NCBI GenBank assembly: GCA_965220965.1
Contig: OZ244852.1
Location: forward strand, 1,408,001-1,472,000
DNA: 64,000 nt
Source of the DNA: Candidatus Marinacidobacterium sp.
GTDB lineage: Bacteria; Acidobacteriota; Vicinamibacteria; Marinacidobacterales; Marinacidobacteraceae
Direction of reading: 5' to 3'
The position numbers and the translations under genes are program-made. Every line of letters begins with the position of its first letter. Position 1 is the stretch's first letter. Shown here one piece after another: positions 42,635 through 53,142 of the stretch. The notes below the pieces were generated by a model, which did not search any database, had not been told where the DNA came from, and worked only from the letters and a program-made list of their open reading frames with translations.

Positions 42635-42903
42635 GCTGACGCGGCGCGGGCGCGCGCCAGAGCACGGGCCGCCTTAGCCTGCCGATTGCCCGAGTTAATT
42701 CGGCTCCTCGCAGGGTGTGTCGTCTCTTGTCCGGTCGGGAGGAGATCATCCCTTCCGTGCGCTCAAACAGCAGCCGTTCTGGCCGGGTGCGCCCGATGTG
42801 TCTCGTTTTGTCCCACGTGGGCCATAGAGTTGGTTCTTCCGTCAGGGATTTGTAGGACACACTCCAACCGCACAATCGCGCTCTACACAGGAGGAACGAC
42901 GAC

Positions 42904-44109
42904 ATGGCCAAACCCATCACCCTGGATGCCCTTCTTGGGGCCTGCGCTGACGACGGGTTCGACGACGGGATCCGCATCGACACCGAGCTGGAACCGATCG
43001 GGGGACCCGGTGGGTCGGTGAAGCCCGCCGTCTACGAGGGCGGCAAGTACCAACGGGATCAGCGGTGGGCGTCCCCGGACGATCAGGAACCGACGCCCGT
43101 CATCGTGATCGATAACGTCGCCTCCCAGGCCAACCGGCTCGAGGATGCCCTGCGTCGCTACCGCGACGCGGTGGGGATCCCGGAACTCCTGCTCGACCTT
43201 TCGGCCCTGGAATCGCTCCCCGTTCACCTGCCGAGGCGGATTTCGAGTCTTCAGTTTCCGCACCGCAATGCGGACGCCTACCTCCGGGATGCCCGCCTGG
43301 ATGACGAGGACTTCATCCGGACGCCGCTGGGCAAGGCCATCTTCGGTGCGACGGCCCAGACCTGCGGTCCGCTGATGGCCTGGTTCCCTCAGGCGCTGAT
43401 CTATGGCTTCTGGCAGTCCCACCTCGGGAAGAAGAGGCAGAACACGAAGCACCCGCGCGCGTGGGTTTCGGAGATCGTGGGATGGCATCCCGCCTCCAGG
43501 GACACCCGGACCCTCGGACTCAAAGGAGATCCGCTGAATCTCACGAGCGATGCCCAGATCACCGTAAACACACATGACCAGTTGGCGTGGGAGATGGAAC
43601 CGGCGAAGTCGGGAGACGGTGGTGACAGGCTCTCGGAAATCGGACACGGTCAGATTCTCTTCATGCGGGACGATCCAAGAAAGCCGCTGCCGGCCGCGGC
43701 CGTCTCCTTCGCACGCGTATCGCAACGGGCCACGATTTCCTTCGCGCAGCTCCGGCGAGTGAGCCTCGGCCAAGAACACCTGAGGGACGGTGACGCCGCC
43801 GCCCGGGCTCTTCTCGTGGCTCTGGGACTCCACGCTCACGTTCTCGCCTTCGGTCAGGGGTTCGCGCTCAGGTCGGGCGCGGAACTCCGTCCCGTGGAGG
43901 CCCGCGTGAAGTGGCTGGGCGGCACCTCGGATGAGGACTGCACGCTTGGTGATGTCGTAACGAGCCGCAACTTGCTATCGGCCGCACGTGAGTACGCTGG
44001 TACGAACGGCGTCCCACTCGATGGTTGGGGAGCGCCTCCGACGATGCTTAGTCCTTCGAAAAAACTGTCGGCCGCGATCCGCAACACCTGGCCAATCCTG
44101 GAGGACTGA
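42904..44109 (+). CDS. cas7: Type I-G Cas7 (Csb1)
   Basis: AGGAGG SD; VKPAVY, IDNVASQANRLE, PHRNADA, ALIYGFWQS, SEIGHG and LRSGAEL. Confidence 0.92.
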   Translation: MAKPITLDALLGACADDGFDDGIRIDTELEPIGGPGGSVKPAVYEGGKYQRDQRWASPDDQEPTPVIVIDNVASQANRLEDALRRYRDAVGIPELLLDLSALESLPVHLPRRISSLQFPHRNADAYLRDARLDDEDFIRTPLGKAIFGATAQTCGPLMAWFPQALIYGFWQSHLGKKRQNTKHPRAWVSEIVGWHPASRDTRTLGLKGDPLNLTSDAQITVNTHDQLAWEMEPAKSGDGGDRLSEIGHGQILFMRDDPRKPLPAAAVSFARVSQRATISFAQLRRVSLGQEHLRDGDAAARALLVALGLHAHVLAFGQGFALRSGAELRPVEARVKWLGGTSDEDCTLGDVVTSRNLLSAAREYAGTNGVPLDGWGAPPTMLSPSKKLSAAIRNTWPILED

Positions 44110-45563
44110 TGCTCGCTGTCTCGGTCGAATTCCTTCATGGGACGTTTCGCGGTGACCCGGACGGGACCGCCAACACGGGTGGCCTGACCCGAGGTGAGTG
44201 GCCTCCTGCTCCTGCTCGGCTGTTCTCTGCGTTCGTCGCAGCCGATGGCACCAGGGACGCCTGCCGGGTCACGGACGGCAGCGAACTCAACTGGCTCGAA
44301 GCCTTGCCCGCACCGGAGATCTACGCTGAGGAAGCGCCGACCACACGGTCGCTGGAACCACGTTTCGTGGTGCGACACACCGGCAAGTTCGCAGTCAACG
44401 CCACTACCCGACAGCTCGATGTCCACCAGGAGTACGTCGGGCGAAAGGGCGCCGAAGTGCGACCCGGAGTCCGCATCTCGTTGCGGGATCCGCGAGTGGT
44501 CTACAAGTGGGAGGACGCTTCCGCCCCGGATCGTGTCCTGAAGTCCCTACGACTCCGCGCCGCCCGAATCGGCTACCTCGGCGCGGCGGACTCTCCCGTG
44601 CGGGTGCGCGTGTGGGAGAAACCCCCTGTTGACAGCACTCCGCGCGACCGGTTTTTTCCGGATGACGAGGGCGACCACGTCATCTGCGTTCCCCGATCGG
44701 GAGATCTCGAACTACTGGACGGCTGGTTCGATCAGTGGACTGAACGCGGAGCAAGCGTTGGACGCGGGCAGTTTCCCGCGCTTCGCCATGAAGTCCGGTA
44801 CCGCGCTCCCTCGTCCCAAGTATCCGACCAGGGCGGGCGCGTGGTCGCCTGGCTGAGCATTCGACCCGCGGTCTCGGGTCGCCGCGTACGGGAACTCACG
44901 GCGCGCTTCAAGGACAGCGTGTTGAGTCGCTACGAGGCCCTCTACGGTGAGCCGCCTGCTGTCCTCACCGGTCATGGATTCGAGAGCCCGGGATACGAGA
45001 TCGCCCGATACCTCGCGCTGCCGGATGTCGGATTCCCTCGGTCGGGCGGACAGATCCACGGCCTAGCTCTCTGGACGCCGCCTGGGTGGGACCCTCGCCT
45101 CGCCCGCAGGGCTGGCGATGCGGCGCGCGCCATATGGCGAATCCAGGGCGCGACGGTGGACGTCAGGGTGCAGCCGTACGATCGTCTTGATCCGCGCGTG
45201 GCCTCGTCGCCTCGTCGCTGGCTGCAAAGGGCCAACGGCTGGGCAACGGCCTTTCCCGCGATCCACGAGCGACGGAAGACGCTCGATCTCGACGAACTAC
45301 GCCGCTGGTGCGCGCATGCTGGACTCCCGGCGCCCTCGCACTTCCGAACCCACCGCAAACCACTGATTCGAGGCGCCGTCGATCTGGCTCCGGTAGAAGT
45401 GAACCGGCCCGGGCGTCCGGGCCTTCCGTACTCGCACCTGGAGATCTGGTTTCCGGAGCCGGTGAGAGGCCCCGTCGTTGTTGGATCCGGACGACAGCGC
45501 GGGTTTGGGCTGTGCGTCCCGATCCTTGACTCATCCACACCTTCGGCGGGTTCGAAGCCGTGA
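44109..45563 (+). CDS. csb2: Type I-G Cas5/Cas6 fusion Csb2
   Basis: EWPPAPARLFSAFVA, YLGAADS, LALPDVG and GPVVVGSGRQRGFGLC. Confidence 0.92.
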   Translation: MLAVSVEFLHGTFRGDPDGTANTGGLTRGEWPPAPARLFSAFVAADGTRDACRVTDGSELNWLEALPAPEIYAEEAPTTRSLEPRFVVRHTGKFAVNATTRQLDVHQEYVGRKGAEVRPGVRISLRDPRVVYKWEDASAPDRVLKSLRLRAARIGYLGAADSPVRVRVWEKPPVDSTPRDRFFPDDEGDHVICVPRSGDLELLDGWFDQWTERGASVGRGQFPALRHEVRYRAPSSQVSDQGGRVVAWLSIRPAVSGRRVRELTARFKDSVLSRYEALYGEPPAVLTGHGFESPGYEIARYLALPDVGFPRSGGQIHGLALWTPPGWDPRLARRAGDAARAIWRIQGATVDVRVQPYDRLDPRVASSPRRWLQRANGWATAFPAIHERRKTLDLDELRRWCAHAGLPAPSHFRTHRKPLIRGAVDLAPVEVNRPGRPGLPYSHLEIWFPEPVRGPVVVGSGRQRGFGLCVPILDSSTPSAGSKP

Positions 45564-48355
45564 CCCCTCTGGAGGCAGAAATGCGACCAGTGCCGGCGTT
45601 CGCGGACTTCTACCGCGCGATCAACGATCGCGACCCCTTCCCGTGGCAGGACCGCCTCGCCCGACAGGTAGAGGCGCAAGAGGCTTGGCCTCGCGAAGTT
45701 GGGGTTCCGACCGGACTCGGCAAGACGGCCTGCCTTGAGGTCGCGATCTGGTGGCTCGCGTCCCAGGCGCATCGCCCGCCTGCGGACCGAACTGCGCCGA
45801 CGCGCATCTGGTGGGTGGTCAACCGCCGCCTTCTGGTGGATTCGACAGCCGAACACGCGACCAGGCTGGCCGACGAGCTGCTATCCGCTGAACGGTCCCC
45901 AGAGAAGACCAGTCGGGAGCAGGTTCTCGCAACCGTGGCCAGCCGGCTTCGATCTCTCGCCGCGGATCCGGACGCCGACCCACTGCAGGTCATACGCCTT
46001 CGTGGTGGGGTCTCTTCGGATATCCCCATCGATCCGTCCCAGCCCTGTGTACTGCTCTCGACGGTCCCAATGTACGGGTCCAGGCTGCTCTTTCGCGGAT
46101 ATGGGTCCACTCGCAGCCGCAGGCCGATGGACGCAGCGTTGGCGGGAACAGACAGTCTCGTGCTGCTCGACGAGGCTCATCTGGCTTTCCACCTGCGCAA
46201 GCTGATGCCTGCCCTTCGCGAGTGCGCGCCAGAGCAGACTGGAGTACTCCGCCTCCCCCGCGACAGGCCGAGGCTCGTCTCTCTCACCGCGACCGGTGAG
46301 GCCACCAAGTCGGACCGATTCGACCTTGACGCCGAGGACGAGGCTCATCCGGTCGTTCGGCAGCGAGTGCACGCCGCCAAGCCAATGACAGTACGCCAGG
46401 CGAACGGGAAGGCGCACACGAACCTCGTTGAGGCCGCCCTTTCGCTGCTTCCTCCCGACGAATCGCCCGCATCCTGTCTCGTCTTTGCGAATACGCCAGC
46501 AACAGCTCGCGCCGTCTTCGACCTGCTTCAACGGAAGGCCCATCGCTTCGCGGACATCCTCCTGCTCACGGGACGCGCGAGGGAACGAGAGGCGGAGGCC
46601 ATACGGAAACGCATTCTGCATCCCGTCTCGGGCATGCCGTCGGACCGCATCGCATCTGAGAGCCGCAAGCGACACCTCATCGTCGTAGCCACCCAGACAC
46701 TCGAGGTCGGTGCTGATCTCGATGCGGAGTACATGGTGACTGAGGCCTGCGGCGTTCGGGCGCTCACCCAGCGACTCGGCAGGCTGAACCGCTTGGGACG
46801 CCATTCTCGGGCGAGGGCGATCTACATTCACACGGCGCCCAGGAAGGCGCGGCGGGGCGCGCCTGAGTTCGGTTGGCCGGTCTACGGAAAGGAACCGCAA
46901 ACGGTTCTGGAGCGACTCGAGTCTGCCCCAACGCTTGAGGACGGTTCGCTGGACATGTCACCCGGCAACATTACGACCATCCTCGGCGAGCCTCTGGACA
47001 CTCCCGGACGGGCGCCGGAATTGCTCCCTGGTCTGCTGTGGGAGTGGATCAAGACCACGAACCGCCCCTCGGGCGAGGCGGCGGTCGAGCCGTACTTCTC
47101 CGGGATCGCACGACCGAGACGATCCGTGCGGCTGATCTGGCGGGCGCACATTCCCACCGACGAGCAAGAAACACTCTGGCCGCGGCCCCGTGACTCCGAA
47201 GTCGTCGAGGTCTTGATCGGTGAAGCCAGAGAGGCATTGGGCAACGACGAGATGATGGTGGTGGATCCCGACGACATGTCGGTTAGCCCCCAGAGGCTCC
47301 GCCCGGGACATCTGTTCGTGCTGCCCTCGAATCGTGGGCTGATGGACGCGTTTGGATGGAACCCGGCGGCTACGGAACCCGTCGTGGATGTGTCGCTCGA
47401 GGAACACGGATTGCCGCTGAGCACCAGGGCGCTCGATCGGATCTACAGCGGTGCCGCTCCTCCCGAAGCGATCTCGTGTGTGGGGTCGCTTCTGAGGACC
47501 GATGATCAAGGGGAACCGGAAGTTTCCGACCCACGCGAACGCACGGAGACGACAGGCAGGCTTCTCGAGGCGCTCAGGGCCACCGCCCCACCCGGATGGC
47601 TTCCGGATCGTTGGGCGGCCTTCCTCCACTCGCTGAAACCAGAGGTCGTTTCGCCCCGTCGCGAGGCGCCGCGCCTTCACGCTCGCTCCGGTCGAGTTGA
47701 ACCACGCAGCGACGCCGCCGATGAGGCCTCGATGGCTCCCCAGGCCGTCGATTTGGACGCTCACGGCCACGCCGTCGGTGAGCGCGCGCGGGCGGTCGCG
47801 GAACGCCTCGGCCTTGATGGCGCAATCACCGGAGTACTGGACCGCGCCGGGCGGCTTCATGACATCGGCAAGTCAGAGATTCGGTTCCAGCGATGGCTGA
47901 ATCCGGACGGCGAAGAGAACGGTCTCGTCGCGAAATCAACGACGCCCCGTCACCGGTGGGAGGCGACGCGCGCGGCGTCCGGGTGGCCTCGCGGCGGTCG
48001 ACACGAGGACCTCTCGGCCCGGCTGGCACGAAGGTGGCTCGACACGCAGCCCGAACCGACGGATCCAGTCTTCAAGGACCTGTTGATCCACCTGATCATC
48101 AGTCATCACGGCCACGGACGCCCCCTGGTGCGCCCGGTGAGGGACGGTTCGGACGCATCGGTAGAGGCCGTCATCGAAGGCCGGACCGTCGAGGCTTCCA
48201 CCAACCTCGAGATCGTTGACTGGGGTCAGCCCGGCCGCTTTCGTCGGTTGAATGACCGCTTCGGGCCGTGGGGGCTCGCCCTCCTCGAGACGATCATCCG
48301 TCGAGCCGACCACTCGGTTTCCGGCGCCCGAGCCGAACATGGAGAGATCCAGTGA
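45560..48355 (+). CDS. cas3: Type I-G Cas3 helicase with C-terminal HD nuclease
   Basis: PFPWQ, PTGLGKT, VVNRRLLVD, LLDEAH, ATQTLEVGAD, QRLGRLNR; C-terminal LHDIGK, RHE and SHHGHGRP. Confidence 0.95.
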   Translation: MTPLEAEMRPVPAFADFYRAINDRDPFPWQDRLARQVEAQEAWPREVGVPTGLGKTACLEVAIWWLASQAHRPPADRTAPTRIWWVVNRRLLVDSTAEHATRLADELLSAERSPEKTSREQVLATVASRLRSLAADPDADPLQVIRLRGGVSSDIPIDPSQPCVLLSTVPMYGSRLLFRGYGSTRSRRPMDAALAGTDSLVLLDEAHLAFHLRKLMPALRECAPEQTGVLRLPRDRPRLVSLTATGEATKSDRFDLDAEDEAHPVVRQRVHAAKPMTVRQANGKAHTNLVEAALSLLPPDESPASCLVFANTPATARAVFDLLQRKAHRFADILLLTGRAREREAEAIRKRILHPVSGMPSDRIASESRKRHLIVVATQTLEVGADLDAEYMVTEACGVRALTQRLGRLNRLGRHSRARAIYIHTAPRKARRGAPEFGWPVYGKEPQTVLERLESAPTLEDGSLDMSPGNITTILGEPLDTPGRAPELLPGLLWEWIKTTNRPSGEAAVEPYFSGIARPRRSVRLIWRAHIPTDEQETLWPRPRDSEVVEVLIGEAREALGNDEMMVVDPDDMSVSPQRLRPGHLFVLPSNRGLMDAFGWNPAATEPVVDVSLEEHGLPLSTRALDRIYSGAAPPEAISCVGSLLRTDDQGEPEVSDPRERTETTGRLLEALRATAPPGWLPDRWAAFLHSLKPEVVSPRREAPRLHARSGRVEPRSDAADEASMAPQAVDLDAHGHAVGERARAVAERLGLDGAITGVLDRAGRLHDIGKSEIRFQRWLNPDGEENGLVAKSTTPRHRWEATRAASGWPRGGRHEDLSARLARRWLDTQPEPTDPVFKDLLIHLIISHHGHGRPLVRPVRDGSDASVEAVIEGRTVEASTNLEIVDWGQPGRFRRLNDRFGPWGLALLETIIRRADHSVSGARAEHGEIQ

Positions 48356-49257
48356 CAGCGAACCTCGAGTGTCCCGGTCTGCCGGCATACTGGATCAATG
48401 GCTGGCTGGCAGCGGTCGGCGCAACGGTTCTCTGTCCGCAGCTTCGCCTTCGGTGGACGCGAGCGGGCACTCCCCGCGCCGTGCTCTCGATGCGGGACGA
48501 TGCGGTCGACGAAGCCATCGCGGCTTCTTGGCCCACGGCGGCCTACCTTGAGGAACTTCCCATCGCAAAGCAGTGGTCTGGAACTCCGGAGGTCAAGATG
48601 CACCGTGAAGTGTTAATCGACACCTTCGTCCAGCGTGTCCAAGCCGCACGCAGCCATCCGGACTCCTGGACGCTTAGCTCCACGATGACGGACCTCGCCG
48701 TCACGTTAGAGGGACAGGTCGTCCACGCTCCTTTCGACGCGCCCGCGCCACAGGGACTCACCCTGCACGAGCGCCTTCTCAAGACTCACGGCGCGATCGC
48801 CCTACCTCCCACAGCTGAGAGAGTTCGGCAATCTCTCCAAGGACTGGTGGCACGGGTGAGAGGCAACGGACTGGGGTTCGACCAGTCGCGGCTGGCTTCC
48901 TTCGCTGACACTGGCACGAAATTCGTCGATCCAGTAGTCGAAGTCTTGGCGTTCTTCGGTCTGCGACTCCTGCCCGTGCGCGGCCCGGGACGCGAAGCTA
49001 CCCGCCAGAACCCGCCGAGAGCAACCCCACGCAACTGGTCCCTGCCGTCGTCCGGTCCCCGGACACTTCGCTTCCAGTGGCCAGCATGGACGCAGCCCTT
49101 GGACTGGCACGCCATTGATGCCCTGTTGGATGTCTGGAATCCCTCGTGTCCCAAATCCTGGCCGCGGTACGGCGTGCACGCCGCCTGGCAGACCGTTCGC
49201 TACGAGGCGAAGAACCGCCGCAATCCAACGCGTGCGTATGGATCGGAACGGATGTGA
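48352..49257 (+). CDS. csb3: Type I-G large subunit, Csb3/Cas8g2-like
   Basis: GTGA overlap with cas3; NGWLAAVG, LGFD, VEVLAFFGL and FQWPAWTQPL; last gene of the csb1-csb2-cas3 operon. Confidence 0.75.
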   Translation: MTANLECPGLPAYWINGWLAAVGATVLCPQLRLRWTRAGTPRAVLSMRDDAVDEAIAASWPTAAYLEELPIAKQWSGTPEVKMHREVLIDTFVQRVQAARSHPDSWTLSSTMTDLAVTLEGQVVHAPFDAPAPQGLTLHERLLKTHGAIALPPTAERVRQSLQGLVARVRGNGLGFDQSRLASFADTGTKFVDPVVEVLAFFGLRLLPVRGPGREATRQNPPRATPRNWSLPSSGPRTLRFQWPAWTQPLDWHAIDALLDVWNPSCPKSWPRYGVHAAWQTVRYEAKNRRNPTRAYGSERM

Positions 49258-49266
49258 TGGAACGCG

Positions 49267-49540
49267 TGGCGTTGTCCCGATTCCGTGGACAGCTAGACCT
49301 AGAGTTGGCTAATCGCCAAGTGAAGTCCACGTGGGCACAGGAAAGGAAGAGATGTATTCGACGGAAACCCGGGAACGGCTCGTCGCCCTGGTTCGACAGA
49401 GCCGCGAGCCGAAGGCGCTGGTTCGGGAGTTCGTTCGAGGTGATCGCTGAGACTATCAGGAAGTGGAGGGCCGAGCAGGATCGTGAGCGGGGGCCTCCTC
49501 GCAGAACGCGTCCCAAGGTCCGGGCACTTCCTCCGTCGGG
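49267..49540 (+). mobile_element. Decayed IS3-family left end with frameshifted orfA
   Basis: IRL-like TGGCGTTGTCCCGATTCCGTGGACA. The ORF from 49331, GTGKEEMYSTETRERLVALVRQSREPKALVREF, continues EVIAETIRKWRAEQDRE once a GTTC duplication at 49429-49436 is removed; it is homologous to 57025-57327. Confidence 0.75.
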
Positions 49541-49547
49541 ATTAGCA

Positions 49548-51121
49548 GTGTCGCCGGGTTTACAGGCCCCTGCCTTCGTTGGACGAAGTGGCGGGGCTGT
49601 GCGAACGAGATCTTCTTCTTCGAGTGTCGCCGAGGCTCACGCCCGGGCCTTCGTTGAGCGATCCGCAAGGGCATCGACCTTGAGCGCGGACTGGTCAAGT
49701 GTCGCCGGAGTTCACGCCCCGGCCTTGGTTGAGCGTCCTCGAAAGTCAGCGAGACTTCGGCGAAGTGGACTGGTGTCGCCGGGGTTCATGCCCCGGCCTT
49801 CGTTGAGCGAAGATCCGCATGCGCGTCGGCATGGCTGTCACCACCCGTGTCGCCGGGGTTCACGCCCCGGCCTTCGTTGAGCGGTCCAGAGATCCTTCTT
49901 GAACTGATCGTTGACCCACGTGTCGCCGAGCTTCACGCCCCAGCCTTCGTTGAGCGCGCCAGCTTTGCGACTGGCGGTGGCTTTCCCGGCTTGTGTCGCC
50001 GGGGTTCACGCCCCGGCCTTCGTTGAGCGGAGTATGGAGTCGGGGCTCGCAACGGCCCGAACGAGGTGTCGCCGGGGTTCACGCCCCGGCCTTCGTTGAG
50101 CGCTGCCGCCTCCCTCAGACTCGGCATCGGCTTCGAGTGTCGCCGGGGTTCACGCCCCGGCCTTCGTTGAGCGTGCCAGACCCTTCGCCCGTTGATGTCC
50201 ATGGCGAGGCGGGTGTCGCCGGGGTTCACGCCCCGGCCTTCGTTGAGCGCAGAACCCGGAAGCCGTCGGGCGCGTCAGGATGACCGGTGTCGCCGGGGTT
50301 CACGCCCCGGCCTTCGTTGAGCGCGGGCCGGAACGTGCTCGCGCATTCTCCGGCTACATACAAGTGTCGCCGGGGTTCACGCCCCGGCCTTCGTTGAGCG
50401 CTGCCGCCTCCCTCAGACTCGGCATCGGCTTCGAGTGTCGCCGGGGTTCACGCCCCGGCCTTCGTTGAGCGTGCCAGACCCTTCGCCCGTTGATGTCCAT
50501 GGCGAGGCGGGTGTCGCCGGGGTTCACGCCCCGGCCTTCGTTGAGCGCAGAACCCGGAAGCCGTCGGGCGCGTCAGGATGACCGGTGTCGCCGGGGTTCA
50601 CGCCCCGGCCTTCGTTGAGCGCGGGCCGGAACGTGCTCGCGCATTCTCCGGCTACATACAAGTGTCGCCGGGGTTCACGCCCCGGCCTTCGTTGAGCGGG
50701 TGTCGAGTGTCTCATCCCGGAACACGGCGTCCGGCTGTGTCGCCGGGGTTCACGCCCCGGCCTTCGTTGAGCGACATTCCACGATCACACGTGGCACAAC
50801 ATCACCGACTGGTGTCGCCGGGGTTCACGCCGCGGCCTTCGTTGAGCGAATACCCCTATGACACAGCACGGATCGGCCGCCGCCGACCGGGTGTCGCCGG
50901 GGTTCACGCCCCGGCCTTCGTTGAGCGTCGACATCGTGGACGGTCGCGGCGACCAGTGAACCGGGTGTCGCCGGGGTTCACGCCCCGGCCTTCGTTGAGC
51001 GCGCAGCGCGTCGCACAGGTGGTCGTCCCTCTTCAGCGGGTGTCGCCGGGGTTCACGCCCCGGCCTTCGTTGAGCGCGGACGGGCATCGTCCGGGGCCGC
51101 GCCCAGCGCTTCCTGTGTCGC
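49548..51121 (+). CRISPR. Type I-G CRISPR array segment 1: 21 repeats plus a 7-nt truncated repeat
   Basis: 37-bp repeat GTGTCGCCGGGGTTCACGCCCCGGCCTTCGTTGAGCG with a GCCGGGG/CCCCGGC hairpin; spacers 34-42 nt. Confidence 0.97.
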
Positions 51122-51280
51122 TGTTGGCGGGCACGCAAAAGTGCACACATCTGGGCATCCAAAATGGCGCAGTTCGGGGCTTGGCGCGCGGATCGCTGGG
51201 GGCTGTCTGCGGGAGTAGCGTCTCCCAGGGGGAACGGGGATCGGGGCAAGCTGTCGTCTCTACTGACGGAGGGAGGCGTC

Positions 51281-52327
51281 ATGTTCGAGAGGACGAAGAG
51301 GGTTCTGGCGAGGCACTACCTGGACGAGGGGATGAGCAAGGCGGCGGTTGCTCGCCGCGTCGGGGTCGGCAGGAGGACGCTGTACAACTGGATCCGGGGT
51401 GGACTGCTCGAGGGTCGGCTGGGAGACCAGAAGGGCGGATACGGTCCCCGGGGTTCAGGGAGGTCAAAGCTCGAGCCGTTCGAGGAGATCATCCGGGCGC
51501 GGCTGAGCGTCCACCCGCACCTGAGCGCCGTTCGGCTTTTCGAAGAGGTGAGGGCGGCGGGCTACACCGGCGGGTATGACCAGGTGAAGCGGCACGTCCG
51601 GGAGGTCCGGCCTCGGGAGCGGGTGGAGCCGCCAGTCAGGTTCGAGACGCCCCCAGGCCATCAGGGTCAGGTGGACTTCGCGGAGTTCGGGCTGCCGTGG
51701 GGGAGACGCCACGCGCTGATGGTGGTGCTGGGCTATTCGCGTCGACTCTGGCTGCGGTTCTACGAGGGCCAGACGATGATGGTGTTGATCCGCGGCCTTG
51801 AGGAAGCGTTCTCGTATCTGGGGGGCGTGCCGACGGAGTTGTTGTTCGACCAGATGAAGGCGGTGGTGATCGCCGACGGGCGGGGTTCGGGCGGCCGGTT
51901 GGTCAAGAACGCGGAGTTCCGGGGCTTCAGCGATCACTGGGGCTTCCGGATCCGGGCCTGCCGGCCGCATCAGGCGCAGACGAAGGGGAAGGTCGAGCGT
52001 CCGATCCGATACGTGCGGGATAACTTCTTCTACGGGCGCGAGTTCGTGTCTGACGACGACCTGAACGCGCGGGCGCGGCAGTGGCTCGACGATGTGGCCA
52101 ACGTGCGGGTTCACGGGAGCCTGGGGGAGCGCATTGACGAGCGCTTCGCCCGAGAGGCCCCTCTGCTGGGTCCGCTGGCGGAGCGGCCCTACGCCCCGGT
52201 CGTGCCGCGGATCGAAGCGGCGACGAAGCCGGGGCAAGATGTCCGGGGGCCGGGCGTACCGCGCATCGCCGTCGAACGGCGGTCGCTGGAGGACTACGCG
52301 TCAGTCGGCGCAGGGGGAGCGTTGTGA
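51281..52327 (+). CDS. istA: IS21 transposase IstA
   Basis: GGAGG SD; N-terminal HTH, RFETPPG, QVDF, LFDQMK and KGKVER. Confidence 0.93.
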   Translation: MFERTKRVLARHYLDEGMSKAAVARRVGVGRRTLYNWIRGGLLEGRLGDQKGGYGPRGSGRSKLEPFEEIIRARLSVHPHLSAVRLFEEVRAAGYTGGYDQVKRHVREVRPRERVEPPVRFETPPGHQGQVDFAEFGLPWGRRHALMVVLGYSRRLWLRFYEGQTMMVLIRGLEEAFSYLGGVPTELLFDQMKAVVIADGRGSGGRLVKNAEFRGFSDHWGFRIRACRPHQAQTKGKVERPIRYVRDNFFYGREFVSDDDLNARARQWLDDVANVRVHGSLGERIDERFAREAPLLGPLAERPYAPVVPRIEAATKPGQDVRGPGVPRIAVERRSLEDYASVGAGGAL

Positions 52328-53142
52328 AGCCCCGGTCTCGCCGGCAGCACATCGCCGAGCAACTGGCCGACCTGAAGATGCCGGGAGCTCTCGAGGCCCT
52401 GGACGAGGTCCTCGCCGGAGTGGACGGCGGCGGCTACACCGCGTCCGAGGCGATCGATCGGCTGCTGGCTGCGCAGATCGCGCTCCGCAACAGCCGCCGG
52501 CTGGCCACGGCGATGCGCTCCAGCCGTCTTCCGGGGCTGAAGACGCTGCGGGACTTCGACTTCACCTTTCAGCCGTCCCTTCGGCGGGAGCAGATCGACT
52601 CGCTACACGAGCTCGGCTTCCTGGAGCGCAAGGAGAACGTCGTGTTCCTGGGCCCACCGGGTGTGGGGAAGACCCATCTGGCGATCAGCCTGGCGGTCGC
52701 GGCCGCCGAGAACGGGCGCAGGATCTACTTCGGGACGCTGAGCGATCTGATCGAGTCACTCGAAGAGGCCCACGCATCAGGCCGGCTCAAGCAGCGGCTT
52801 CGGACGCTCACGCATCCTGCGCTGCTGGTCGTGGACGAGATCGGGTATCTCTCCGTGACGCCGAACGGAGCCCGGTTGTTCTTCCAGCTCGTGAACGCCC
52901 GCTACCGGCGGGGTTCGACCGTGCTGACCTCGAACAAGGGCTTCGAGCACTGGGGCGAGATCCTGCACGACGAGGTCATGGCGGCAGCCCTCCTGGACCG
53001 CCTGCTGCACCGCTGCCACATCGTCAACATCCGTGGGAACAGCTATCGGATGCGACGTCAGATGGAGCTGTCACGCGCCATTCACCCCACCGCATCCCGG
53101 GCGGCGGAGGCCGAGATCAACCAGCAAGGACGGGAGTCGTGA
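52324..53142 (+). CDS. istB: IS21 helper ATPase IstB
   Basis: GPPGVGKT, LLVVDEIGY, LTSNK, LDRLLH and GNSYR. Confidence 0.95.
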   Translation: MKPRSRRQHIAEQLADLKMPGALEALDEVLAGVDGGGYTASEAIDRLLAAQIALRNSRRLATAMRSSRLPGLKTLRDFDFTFQPSLRREQIDSLHELGFLERKENVVFLGPPGVGKTHLAISLAVAAAENGRRIYFGTLSDLIESLEEAHASGRLKQRLRTLTHPALLVVDEIGYLSVTPNGARLFFQLVNARYRRGSTVLTSNKGFEHWGEILHDEVMAAALLDRLLHRCHIVNIRGNSYRMRRQMELSRAIHPTASRAAEAEINQQGRES

